Below, in pieces: positions 46,488 to 58,457 of a stretch of DNA of 64,000 nt (position 1 is its first letter; every line of letters begins with the position of its first letter). The position numbers and the translations under genes are program-made. Under the pieces are notes generated by a model. The model ran no database searches, was not told where the DNA came from, and saw only the letters and a program-made list of their open reading frames with translations. The stretch is from Torpedo marmorata. Lineage: Eukaryota. The stretch spans positions 37,758,001 through 37,822,000 of the forward strand of contig OZ360232.1 in the NCBI GenBank assembly GCA_977017645.1, in the 5' to 3' direction.

Positions 46488-47924
46488 GAATCCTAAATTT
46501 TCAAATTGTAGAGAACATCATTGGGGTAAAGTAAAACACAAAGCTGGAGAAACTTAGCAGGTCATGCAGTGTCCTTTATATAGAAAAGGCAAAAATTCCT
46601 AACCGACGACTCGGGCCTGAGCCCTTCATCAAAGTATGGGAACATTTGTAAATGATAAATCACATTGTACTTGTGTTAAGCAACAAAACTTCAACAAAAT
46701 TGATTCGTGAAACGGATCAAATTCAGTGACAGTCGTGCCCCAGGCAGCAAATTGAATTGTATTGTTACAAATATTATTTCAACTGAAGTGGGTTTTAGTG
46801 CACCCCATCAAAAGCTCAGCGCAACTGACCTCAATTCATAGAGCCATAGAATTCTACAGCATGGAAACAGGTCATTCAGTTCAACTTCCTTGCCGACCAC
46901 GCTTGTCCCATTTACTTGAGCTCCACTCATGTCTCCCCAACCTTTCGTATTCAGGTACATCGAAAACGACTTTTGAATGTAACAATTTTCTGCGCTGTAC
47001 CATTTTTGTTTGGCCTCTAGTTCCACGTTTCCACAACTCTCCATGTGAAGAAGGTACCTTCGGGCCCCTTTAAATTTTTTTCCCTCTCACCTTAAGTCTC
47101 TGCCCTCTCATTTAGGATTCACTTACTCTGCCAAAAAGGCTCTGATTATGTACTTAATCACTGCTAGCTTTATTTTATAAACCTCTATATAGACCACTTT
47201 GGCAGCGTTTACCCCAGAGAGAAAAGTTGCAGCCTTTCGGGCTTCTCCATATAATTCAAGCCTATCTGTCTAGGCAACATTCTCTGGAGTCTTTTCTGCA
47301 GCCTTTCCAGCTTAACAACATATTTTCTATTTCTGGGTGACCAGATTTGCACACAATACTCCAAGTGCGGTCTCACTAACGTCACGTGCAGTTCTAACAT
47401 GACGTCGTTGCTCCTGTATTTAATGCCCTGACAGACAAAGGCAAGGGCGTCAAGTCTTTTTCGCCACTGGAACGATGTACGTATACCCCCATGTCTCTTT
47501 GTTATACAACACTCTCCAGTGCAGAACATGGAATCAACTCTTGTGAAATGAAAAGGAGAATATTTCAGCAAACTTCAATCACACAATACATGGGCATGAA
47601 TGGCAACTTGACCTCTGAAGCCGCGATGCGTTATATTTTGGATCTATTGCTGCTTTTGGTGGAATTCCTCTGAATGCCGCATAATGGCGCAACGGTTTGT
47701 GCTGCTGTCCCACAGATCCAGGGACGTCGGTTCGAACCTGACTTTAGCGCAGCATTTGTGGAAATTACACAGTGTCTCCTTGAACCTTCCCTGCACTTCA
47801 TCTTGGTTCCCCTTCTATTCCACATGACTCCCAAAGATAGATGTTGGAAAATAAATTGATTATTCGATTTATCTAAGACTGTTTAATCGCCATGCAACAA
47901 ATTTAATATTTGCGAGGACAGTTT

Positions 47925-48060
47925 AGATTTATGAACTGTCGATCTCCTTGTTGAAGATAACTAATTGTGTCGCTATGTACCATCGGAAATAGCTAAAGTG
48001 GCGATGGATCTATTGGTCCTCTTCCTTCGCAGCAATAATATCAGAAACGACGATAAAGAC
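47925..48060 (+). promoter_or_regulatory. orphan Pcdh-type promoter B (CGCT 47971-47974)
   Basis: ctaattgtgtCGCTatgtaccatc...atggatctattggtcctcttcc; duplicate of orphan A. Confidence 0.6.
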
Positions 48061-48320
48061 ATTTTTTTAAAATTTCGACATGCAGCATTACGACAGCTCA
48101 TTACGGCCCACGAGTCCCTTCCGCCCAATTTACACCAAATTAACCTACACCCCCGGTACGTTTCGTGCAGTGGGAGGAAACCGAAGCCCCCGGGAAAAAC
48201 CCACGCAGACACGGGGAAAACGTACAAACTCCTTACAGGCAGCGCGGTATTCGAAACCCGGTTCCGATCGCTGGCGCTGTGAAGGCGTTGCACTAACCGC
48301 TACGCTAACCGTGCCGCCCC
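48061..48320 (-). mobile_element. V-SINE, duplicate of 38298-38558
   Basis: Same sequence and same flanks. Confidence 0.85.
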
Positions 48321-48360
48321 ATTACGCGTTCAGATTGTGAAGTCAAGGTGAGAAGAATAA

Positions 48361-51300
48361 TGAGGACCAAACTAATAAAGAGCTCGAAGAAGTTGGATGA
48401 AGATATGATCATAAATGTTGTGTAAAATCTGTTGGGTGGGGGTGGACTTTTTGTTCTCTCCTACCTAGCCACACATCACCTTAGTGGCGAGGGCCACTTC
48501 CCGAGCAATGGAGGGTGGCAATACTGGGGTAATTATGCCATTAATGAATATAGTGGGGTTTTTAGTTTTTCTTTTATTTTTTATGTTTTTTCTTTTTTTT
48601 TCTAAGGAGATGTCAAGCAGATTACAAATGGGGAAGAGTGTGCTGGTGGATCTGATGTAAAGAGAGTTATTAAAAACTAGAAATGGCGGATAGTAAATCA
48701 ATAAATGTAGTAAGTATTAATATGAATGGGCTAAACAATCCGATTAAAAGGAAGAAAACTTTAGCATATATCAAAAAGTTAAATGTAGACTTAGCTTTTT
48801 TACAAGAGACACATTTGACAGATATAGAAGATCAGAATTTGAAAAGAGAATGGGTTGGTCAAGTGGTTGCATCTTCATTTAATTCTAAACAAAAGGAGTT
48901 GCTGTATTAGTTAATAAAAATTACCTTTTAAAATACAATCTGTGGTTGTAGATGTGGCAGGTAGATATGTTTTAATACATTGTCAGATATATTTAGAAAT
49001 GTGGACACTCATGAATATATATCTACCAAATATGGAAGATGAACAATTTATTCGATTCTTTTATGCATTTGTCAGAATGAAATGATAATATTTTAATTGG
49101 TGGGGATTTTAATTGTTGTTTATATTCAATAATGGATAAAACATCGAAATCAATTATTAGAACTAAAATTGCTAAAATAATTCTTATTTTGATGAAAGAT
49201 TTAAATTTAATAGATATATCGAGAAAGTTGAATCCAAGAGAAAAAAATATTCTTTCTGTTCTTTTCGGCATGACTCGTACTCTAGAATAGATAAGTTTTT
49301 ATTGTCCTCACAAGTAGAAGATAGGGTGACTCAAGTACAATACAAAGCAAGTATAATTTCTGATCACTTGCCTCTATTAATGTCATGTATAATTACAGAA
49401 AAAGAAAAAAACTATATATTGGTGGAGATTTAATTCTTCTTTATTAAAAAGAACGGAATTTTGTAACTATATAAGAAGAGAAATTCAAGAATTTTTACAG
49501 ATTAATTCTAACTCGATTGATAATAAATTTATTATTTGGGAAGCTTTAAAGGCTTATTTAAGAGGCCAAGTAATAAGTTATTCAGCAAAAGTTAAGAAGA
49601 AATATGTTCTGGAAGTGGATAATTTGGAGAGGGAGATTTAATTTTTGGAGAAGGATTTGCAAAAAATGAGATCAGAAGAAAAGAGGAAAAATTTAATTGA
49701 AACAAAATTGCATTATAATACGTTACAAACATATAAATTGGAAAAATTAATTAAAACAACTAGTTAGAGATGTTATGAATTGGGAGAAAGAGCGCATAAA
49801 GTGTTGGCGTTGCAATTAAAGAAAGAACAAACTTCTAGAACTATAAATGCCATAAAAAGAATTCAAAGAAAATAACATATAAACGTCGAGAAATAAATGA
49901 TTCCTTTAAGGAATTTTATTTAAATTTATATAAATCTCAAACTGATAAAGATGATTCTAAAATTAATGAATTTCTATCTAAAATTAAGATACCTAGATTA
50001 AATACTCAAAGTAAATAACTTTTAGATTTGCCGTTTTTGATGAGGGAAGTTAATGATGTTCTTCGTTCTTTAACGAGTGGAAAATCTCCAGCGGAGGATG
50101 GTTTCCCATCAGAATTTTATAAGGAGTTTCAGGATTTATTGATGCCTCCATATATGGAGGTGTTAAAACAAATAACGGAAACTCATTCGCAACCGGAAAC
50201 ATTTTCAAATGCAATAATTACAGTTATAACTAAAAAAGATATAGATGTGTTGAAAACAGAATCATATACACAAATTTCATTGTTACATGTGGATAATAAG
50301 ATAATGGCAAAAATTTTAGCAAATAGAGTGGCTAAATATTTACCAGACTTAATCCATGTAGATCAGGCTGGTTTTATTAAGAATAGATATTCAAAAGATA
50401 ATATAGCTAGATTAATTAGTTTAATAAATGTGGCTCAAAAAAGAGGAATTAGCATTAGTATTAACATTAAATGCCGAAATGGCTTTCGACAGATTAGAGT
50501 GGAATTATTTATTTAAAGTATTGGGGAAATTTGGTTTTGGAACTACATTTATTAATTGGATTAAAACTATATATAAAGAAACATCTGCTAGAATGGTGAC
50601 AAATGGAAAAAGTTCTTCAAAATTTTCTTTGACTAGGTCAACAAGACAAGGATGTCCTTTGTCGCCAGCATTGTTTATTTTAGCAATGGAACCTTTGGCA
50701 GAATTAATTAGACAAGATATTAAAATTTCAGGTATTAATGTTGGAAGAGAAGAGCATAAAATTAGTTTATTTGCAGATGATGTATTGATCTATATGACAA
50801 AACCTATTACTTCTTTAATACAATTGACGGTTTTATTGAGAGAATATGGGGAAATATCTGGTTCTAAGATTAATTCTGATAAAAGTGAAATTATGGCATT
50901 GACACAAGGGGATTATAATAAATGTAAAAAATTACACAATTTAAATGGTCAAAAGAAGGAATGAAATATTTTGGAATAAAGATTGATACAAAATTAGCCA
51001 ATTTATATAAATTAAATTATTTACCATTATTTATGAATATTAAAAAAGATCCAGAAAGTTGGAAAGATTTACCTATAACTTTAATAGGAACGGTAAATTG
51101 TATTAAAATGAATGTTTTTCCAAGAATTGAATATCTTTTTCAATCAATTCCTTATGAAATTCCTCAAAAATTCTTTAAAGATTTAAATTTAATTATTAGG
51201 AAGTTTTTGTGGAAAGGAAAGTTGGCTAGAGTAGGTTTGGAGAAATTAACTTGGAATTATGAAATGGGTGGGATATGCGAGATAAAAAAAAGCACATTGG

Positions 51301-54071
51301 GTAAATATGGAGAATATAGTGATTACGAAAGATGTAGTGTTAGGGCTTTTGAGGCATATAAAGGTGGATAAGTCTCCAGGACCCGACGGGATCTTCCCAG
51401 GGACCTTGAGAAAAATAAGGGAGGAAATAGCAGAGGCTCTGACCGTGATTTTCCAAATGTCATTAGTGAAGGGGATAGTGCCGGAGGATTGGCGTATTGC
51501 GCATGTGGTTCCGTTATTTAAAAAGGGTTCAAGGAGGAAGCCTGGCAATTATCGGCCTGTAAGTTTGACGTCTGTGGTAGGTAAATTAATGGAGAAAGTT
51601 CTTAGAGATAGTACTTATAAATATCTGGATAGACAGGGTCTGATCAGGAACACTCAACACGGATTTGTGAGCGGAAGGTCCTGTTTGACCAATCTGATTG
51701 AATTTTTTGAAGAGGTGACTAGGAATGTGGATGAGGGTAGCGCGGTGGATGTTGTCTATATGGACTTCAGTAAGGCCTTCGATAAGGTACCACATGGAAG
51801 GTTAGTTAGGAAGGTGCAGTCTTTAGGTATAAATTTTGAGATAGTCAAATGGATTGAACATTGGCTGAAAGGGAGAGGCCAGAGAGTGGTAGTGGATAAT
51901 TGTCTGTCAGGCTGGAGGCCGGTGACCAGCGGTGTGCCTCAGGGATCTGTATTGGGCCCATTGTTGTTCGTTATATACATTAATGATCTAGATGATGGGG
52001 TGGTGAACTGGATTAGTAAATATGCAGACGATACTAAGATAGGTGGAATAGTGGATAATGAAGAAGGTTTTCAAGGATTGCAGAGGGATTTGGGCTGCTT
52101 AGAAAAGTGGGTTGAAAAGTGGCAAATGGAGTTTAATGCTGATAAGTGTGAGGTGCTTCATTTTGGTAAGAAGAATCAGAACAAGACATACGTAGTAAAT
52201 GGGAGAGCATTGATGAATACAGAAGAGCAGAAAGAATTAGGAGTAATGGTGCATCGTTCCCTGAAGGTAGAAACTCATGTGAATAGGGTGGTGAAGAAGG
52301 CTTTTAGTATGCTGTCCTTTATCAATCATTGCATAGAATATAGGAGTTGGGAAGTGATATTGAGATTATATAAGGCGTTGGTGCGGCCTAATTTAGAGTT
52401 CTGTGTGCAGTTCTGTTCGCCAAATTATAGGAAGGATATCAAAAGAGTGGAGAGAGTGCAGAGAAGATTTGCCAGAATGTTACCTGGGTTTAAGCATCTA
52501 GAGTACAAGGAGAGATTGAGCAGATTAGGTCTTTATTCTTTGGAGCGTAGAAGGTTGAGAGGGGATTTGATAGAGGTATTTAAGATTATGAAAGGGATAG
52601 ACAGAGTGGATGTGGATAGAGTATTTCCGTTAAGCATAGGAGAGATTGAAACAAGAGGACATGAGTTAAGAGTTAAGGGGCAGAGGTTTAGAGGTAACAT
52701 GAGGGGGAACTTCCTTACTTAGAGAGTGGTAGCGATGTGGAATGAGCTTCCGGGAGAAGTAGTGGCGGCAGAGTCAATTTTATTATTTAAGAAAAAGTTG
52801 GACAGGTATATGGATGAGAAGGAGGTGGAGGGTTATGGGCAGGGTGCAGGTAGGTGGGACAAGAGAGGAGTGTTTGGTTCGGTGCGGACTAGAAGGGCCT
52901 AATGGCCTGTTTCCGTGCTGTAATTGTTATATGGTTATATGTTATTATAAAGCAGCTCAATTAAAATTTATTAATGAAATGTTTGATTTAGGAAAATCTT
53001 CTGCTTGGATTAGAAAAGAATTAAATAATATAGGATAAGATTTGAAAGAAGAAGTTATTTATAAATGGAATTCTAAATTATTATTAACAAGAGGGAAAAT
53101 TCTCCTATTTTTAAACATTTGTTAGAAATATGGAATAGAGTGGATAGGGAGATAGGAGGGAAAGGGTTAAGTTCTCGAAAAATGCCTTTATATCAAAATA
53201 AACTTATTCCATTTACTGTTGATAATCAATTATTTAAAATTTGGTTCCAAATGGAAATTAAGAAGATAAATGATTGTTTTGAAGCTAGTAAATTTATTAC
53301 TTTTCAAAGAATGAAAGAAAAGTTTAATATATTAAATAATACACTTTTTGCTTATTATTCAAATTAGAGCATTTTTAGTTAAACGTTTGGGCTATAGTTT
53401 GACTTTACCAAGACAAAGTGAACTGGAATTATTAGTTCCTAATGGAAGTATAAATAAATTTATTTCTCAAATATATAGATTGTTACAGAGAAAAATGCCT
53501 AAATTAGGAGTTCATAAATCAAGATTAAAATGGGAATCAGATCTCAATGTAACAATAGGTGAAGAACATTGGAAAGAACTATGTAAACAAAGTATGACGA
53601 AGATTATTAACGTTAGATATAGGTTGGTGCAATAAAAAAATTTCATCAATTATATCTAACACCTATGAAATTAAAGAAATTTAATCCGACATTATCAGGT
53701 TTATGTTTCAAATGTAATAGAGAGGAAGGTTCTTTTGTACATTCTACATGGTTCTTTCCAAAGATATATGATTTTTGGTTGAAAGTTAAAAAATTTTTAG
53801 ACAAAGTATTAGTATTACACTTCCAATGGACCCTATGATATTTTTGTTTGGAGATATTAAAATAATTAGTATTAAGATGAAATTAAATATGTATCAAATA
53901 GAATTTTTGCGAATTGCTTTAGCTGTTTCTAAGAAATGCATTGCTATTACTTGGAAATCTGATGTAGATTTAGCGTTAGAAAGATGGCATGCAGAACTTC
54001 GTTCAGCTATACCACTTGAAAAAATACTTATAAATTACGTAATAAATATAATTTCTTTTTGAAAATATGGA
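48361..54071 (+). mobile_element. L1-clade LINE ORF2 (APE, RT, C-terminus), frameshifted, lacking 3' UTR, with nested CR1
   Basis: SINMNGLNNPIKRKK...FLQETHL; RQGCPLSPALF; SLFADDVLIY; AT-rich. Confidence 0.9.
51273..52942 (+). mobile_element. young CR1 LINE nested in the L1
   Basis: Open 471-aa RT ORF 51307-52722 (YMDFSKAFDKVPH, KYADDTK); (GTTATATG)n tail; L1 frame resumes YYKAAQLKF. Confidence 0.92.
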
Positions 54072-54402
54072 CATAAGTAAATTTTTAGCCATTACAACTA
54101 TTTGGTCATTGAATGAAACGTGATGAATGACGGTCAAAACTTTAGAATGTTGTGCCCAATGTTACTCAAGAACGACCTTTCCCTCTATCGACACCCGCAA
54201 GTGATAGGCTGTGCACCCTGTCCATCACTTCTATTAATAATGCTTTACTTGTGGGTAAAATGCACCGAGGTGGATCTCACCTCAAGACGTTCATCTGCCT
54301 GATTGCGGATGTTTCCGGATTTTCAAAATGAAATTCATATTTGAGATGTTCAGGACGATGTTTTTAAATTATAGACTACGAAATATTCATAAGGACAGTC
54401 TA

Positions 54403-54500
54403 GCTTTAAGAAATGTTGATGTAGTTGTTGAAAAGAACTGGGTGTGTCGCTGTGCACCAATGAGAATGAAAAAGGCAGAGATGGATCCATTGCCCGCCCC
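54403..54500 (+). promoter_or_regulatory. Pcdh promoter 6 (CGCT 54448-54451, CCAAT 54457-54461)
   Basis: Same conserved blocks as the other promoters. Confidence 0.85.
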
Positions 54501-54699
54501 CTTCGCAACAAAAAGATCAGATTTGAGAAGAAACGGGAATAATGCGCAGTTTGACCGTGGAGGCCAGTTGAAAAAGATAAAAGTCATACATGTATCCATT
54601 CAGAATATATGAATATTGCTGAAATATTCTCGTAGGAGGCCATTTCTTCGGATTTAATCGAGCCGTGGGTAGTTTCGGAATAGGATTCATTGCAGAATA

Positions 54700-57090
54700 A
54701 TGGCGACTACGGCGATAAGCAACGCCGCTGCTTTCAAAACCTTTGCTGTCCTGATTCTGGTATGTACAGAGCATTCAATTGCCGGGCAAATTCGGTATTC
54801 TATTCCCGAGGAAATGGAAGAAGGGGCTTTTGTCGGGAATATTGCTCACGATTTGGGATTGGAAATACCGCAATTGTATGATCGTAATTTTGTGTTGACG
54901 TCTGATGACGGTGCAGAGTATATTAAGATTGAATTGGAAAGTGGATTCTTATCCATTGCGAAACTAATCGACAGGGAGCAGGTCTGCGGACAGGCAACAG
55001 CATGTATTATTCCTTTTAAAATATTACTGGAGAATCCTCTGGCGGTGTATCGCGGGGAAGTGGAGATTCTTGACGTGAATGATAATTCCCCTACTTTCAG
55101 GGAGGGCACAATTGATTTACAGATAGCCGAATCTATGGCACCAGGAGTAGGCTTCCCTATCGAGGGTGCGGAAGATCAGGACGTTGGAATAAACGCAGTC
55201 GCTGCTTACACCATCAGTTCCAGTGACTACTTTAGATTAAAGACACAGACATCCGATGACGGCATGATAGCTCTCGAGCTGCTGGTGGAGAAACCTTTGG
55301 ACCGAGAGTTGCAGTCATCCCTTAGGTTTGTTTTGACGGCGATCGATGGTGGGATCCCTCAGAGATCGGGCACTACTCAGGTTCTTATTACCGTAGTGGA
55401 CATCAATGATAATCCTCCTGTATTCGACCATAAAATTTACAGAAGCAGCTTGAGAGAAAACGCGCCACTTGGTACCTTGGTGGTGACGGTCAAAGCTAAT
55501 GACCTGGACGAAGGGCTGAATGCTGATCTGACATATTCCTTCAGCAAATTAACTTCACCAAAATTGCGTGAAATGTTCAGTTGTGACCCCTACAGTGGAG
55601 AAATCCGAACCAATGGAGAGCTAGACTTTGAAAAAACAAACAGCTATTCACTCCACCTTCAAGCTGTGGACCACGGATCACCTGCAACAACAGGACACAG
55701 CAACGTTTTGGTCAAGATAATCGACGTTAATGATAACGCACCCGAGATCAAAGTGACGTCGTCCAGGTGCAATATTATTGAAACCGCTTCGCCCGGAACT
55801 TTCATAACATTGGTCAATATTATCGACCGTGACTCTGGAGAAAACGGGCAGATATACTGCGAGGTGTCAGGAAAAATCCCCTTTAAACTTCAAACATCAT
55901 CAAACAGTCATTATGAGCTGATTACGAGTGAAGAATTGGACAGGGAATCTGTCCCCGAGTATGACGTAGTTCTGGTGGCCTGGGATCTGGGGTCTCCTTC
56001 ACTGTCGACAAATAAAACTATCCAGATTGTAATTACAGATGTAAATGATAACGCCCCTCTGTTTTCGGAGCCCTCCTACAACATATATGTGACGGAGAAC
56101 AATGCTCCGGGAACTTCTATCTTTGCAGTAACAGCCACGGATCCTGATATGGATCAGAATTCCTATGTTTCATACTCCCTCTTATCGAATCGTATCCAAG
56201 ACAAGCGAATATCCAGTTACCTCAGCATTAACGCAAAGAACGGCAACATTTACGCGCTGCGCTCTTTTGACTACGAAACACTCAAAAACTTCCAGATCCA
56301 TGTCCAAGCCCGAGACGCTGGAGTGCCCCCATTGAGCAGCAGCGCTGCAGTGAATGTGATCATCTTGGATCAAAATGACAACGCGCCTGTAATTGTTTCC
56401 CCTTCAGCGCGGAGTGGATCAGCATCTGCAGAGAACCTGCCCCAGTCAGCGGATCAAGGCTACTTTGTCACCAAGATAATAGCAACTGATGCAGATTCTG
56501 GTCAGAACGCGCGGCTGTTTTATCAGGTACACCGATCAACTGATCCCACCTTGTTCAACATTGGGCAAAACTCCGGTGAGATCAGAACTGCGCGCAGAAT
56601 TTTCGAGTCCGACACTTCAATACAAACTCTCGTCATCTTGGTGACAGACAACGGGCAGCCACGACTCTCCAGCACCGTTTCAATTCACATTTCATTTCTG
56701 GAGAACATCACTGAAAGAATCACGGAAAGGAATAACTTGGTGTCGAATCCCAAATATGACTCTGATCTTCATCTTTATTTAATCGTTGTTTTCGGTTGCA
56801 CTTCTGTTCTGTTTCTCGTGACCATCATTCTGTTGATTGGAATCAAATGTAAACAAGAGGGAACTGTTACCCAAGACCATAATTCTTCCAGTTGTTGCTG
56901 CAGGCTTGGAGGTTCCAACGATGCGCTGAATCGGAGATATGGAACGGAGGAAACATTACGCTATCCTGGGACCGGCCGGATAGTTCGAGTGCCAGAAGCG
57001 CACAATTACTCAGTCTGTCTCTCCCCAGAATCAGCGAAAAGTGATTTTCTCTTCCTGAAGCCGTGCGGCAGGCCCACCTCTCAGCCCTAA
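54700..57090 (+). CDS. clustered protocadherin, gene 6
   Basis: 796-aa intact ORF; signal peptide, EC1-EC6, TM, tail. Confidence 0.94.
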   Translation: MATTAISNAAAFKTFAVLILVCTEHSIAGQIRYSIPEEMEEGAFVGNIAHDLGLEIPQLYDRNFVLTSDDGAEYIKIELESGFLSIAKLIDREQVCGQATACIIPFKILLENPLAVYRGEVEILDVNDNSPTFREGTIDLQIAESMAPGVGFPIEGAEDQDVGINAVAAYTISSSDYFRLKTQTSDDGMIALELLVEKPLDRELQSSLRFVLTAIDGGIPQRSGTTQVLITVVDINDNPPVFDHKIYRSSLRENAPLGTLVVTVKANDLDEGLNADLTYSFSKLTSPKLREMFSCDPYSGEIRTNGELDFEKTNSYSLHLQAVDHGSPATTGHSNVLVKIIDVNDNAPEIKVTSSRCNIIETASPGTFITLVNIIDRDSGENGQIYCEVSGKIPFKLQTSSNSHYELITSEELDRESVPEYDVVLVAWDLGSPSLSTNKTIQIVITDVNDNAPLFSEPSYNIYVTENNAPGTSIFAVTATDPDMDQNSYVSYSLLSNRIQDKRISSYLSINAKNGNIYALRSFDYETLKNFQIHVQARDAGVPPLSSSAAVNVIILDQNDNAPVIVSPSARSGSASAENLPQSADQGYFVTKIIATDADSGQNARLFYQVHRSTDPTLFNIGQNSGEIRTARRIFESDTSIQTLVILVTDNGQPRLSSTVSIHISFLENITERITERNNLVSNPKYDSDLHLYLIVVFGCTSVLFLVTIILLIGIKCKQEGTVTQDHNSSSCCCRLGGSNDALNRRYGTEETLRYPGTGRIVRVPEAHNYSVCLSPESAKSDFLFLKPCGRPTSQP

Positions 57091-57784
57091 TGGTAAATCA
57101 TATCCGTAATATCGATAAATGACTCAATTATCGGTTGATATTTTACCATTTTCTCAGATTTGAATCAGTGCATGTTAACCATTTAAGATTATATTTCCTT
57201 CCACATGTCTTGGTCTTGTTTACGCAAAGGGTAAGTCTTAGTAGCAGTAATTGCAAAACAAAAGTTAATAGTATCCTCGCCTCAAACCTGAACCTACTCA
57301 CTCTGTTGGACGATGTTTAACGTATTACCGAACTGTTTTATTTCTCGGTCAACTATTCAAAAGTTGTTGGCATATGCGTAATTAATTAAACTTGTTGAAT
57401 TAACATATACATTTCGATCAAGGAATTTCTCACTGAACACAAAACATTCCGCATGCCGTATTGAGAGTACATGGTCATCAGCTTTCGTCTCAGTATGGTG
57501 TCTGCTTCCACGTACACTCGAAAATATTTATCAAATTATTCATCTGGCAGTATACTTCACTTCTATTTTGAACCCAAGTATGAAGATGGGGCTATGGAGT
57601 TCATTATGTTACTTAATTTTAAAAGCGACTGGAACAGTCATGAATTTAGAAGTTTACTCTAAATACCAGACACATGAGTAAGGCCGTTCGGCGTGTATAC
57701 CCATGTATTTGATTACAATCAACCGGTTTATATTGGTGGCCATCTCTGCTTCCCCTTCTCTTTATAACACGACACAAAAGTATT

Positions 57785-58457
57785 CGCTCAACGTCACTGC
57801 ACAGGTTGATAGAATATTTAAGAAAGCCTATAGGATGTTGGACTTCATTCATAGGGGGATTGAGTTCAGGAGTAGAGAGGTCATGTTGCAACTCTACAAA
57901 TCTCTGGTAAGACCACACTTAGAGTATTGTGTTCAGTTCTGATCATGTCATTATAGGAAGGATGTGGAAGCTATGGAGAGGGCGCAGAGGAGTTTTACCA
58001 GGATGTTGCTTGGATTGGAAAACAAGTCTTATGGGGCAAGGTGAGCAGAGCTGTGACATTTCTCTTTGGAGCGTAGAAGGATGAGAGGAGACTTAGTGGA
58101 GGTCTACAAGATTATGATAGGCATAGATAGGGTGGACAGACAGCACCTGTTTCCCAGGGCAGGAACAGCAAACACCAGAGGACATGTGTACAAAGCTAAG
58201 GGAGGGAAGTTTAGGGGCGACATCAAGGGTACATTTTTTACACAGAGAGTTGTGGGTGCCTGGAGTGCCTTTCCGGTGATGGTGGTGGAGGCTGAAACAT
58301 TAGGGGCATTTAAGAGACTCTTAGACAGGCACATGGATGAAATAAAAATAGAGGGTTTCGTGGAATCGAGGGTTTAGTACTTTTAAAAAAAATAATATAT
58401 GGGCCGGCATAACATCGAGGGTCGAAGGGTCTGTACTGTGGTGTAGTGTTCTATGTT
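57785..58457 (+). mobile_element. CR1 3' fragment specific to the gene 6 flank
   Basis: LYKSLVRPHLEYCVQF, RGDLVEVYKIM; empty sites at ~34800 and ~43170. Confidence 0.85.

Noticed and set aside
46455-46490. Short tandem repeats (ATTCTG)n, (GTTATATG)n, (ATCTTGAA)n as a CRISPR-like or functional array
   Set aside because: Ordinary LINE 3' tails with no spacers
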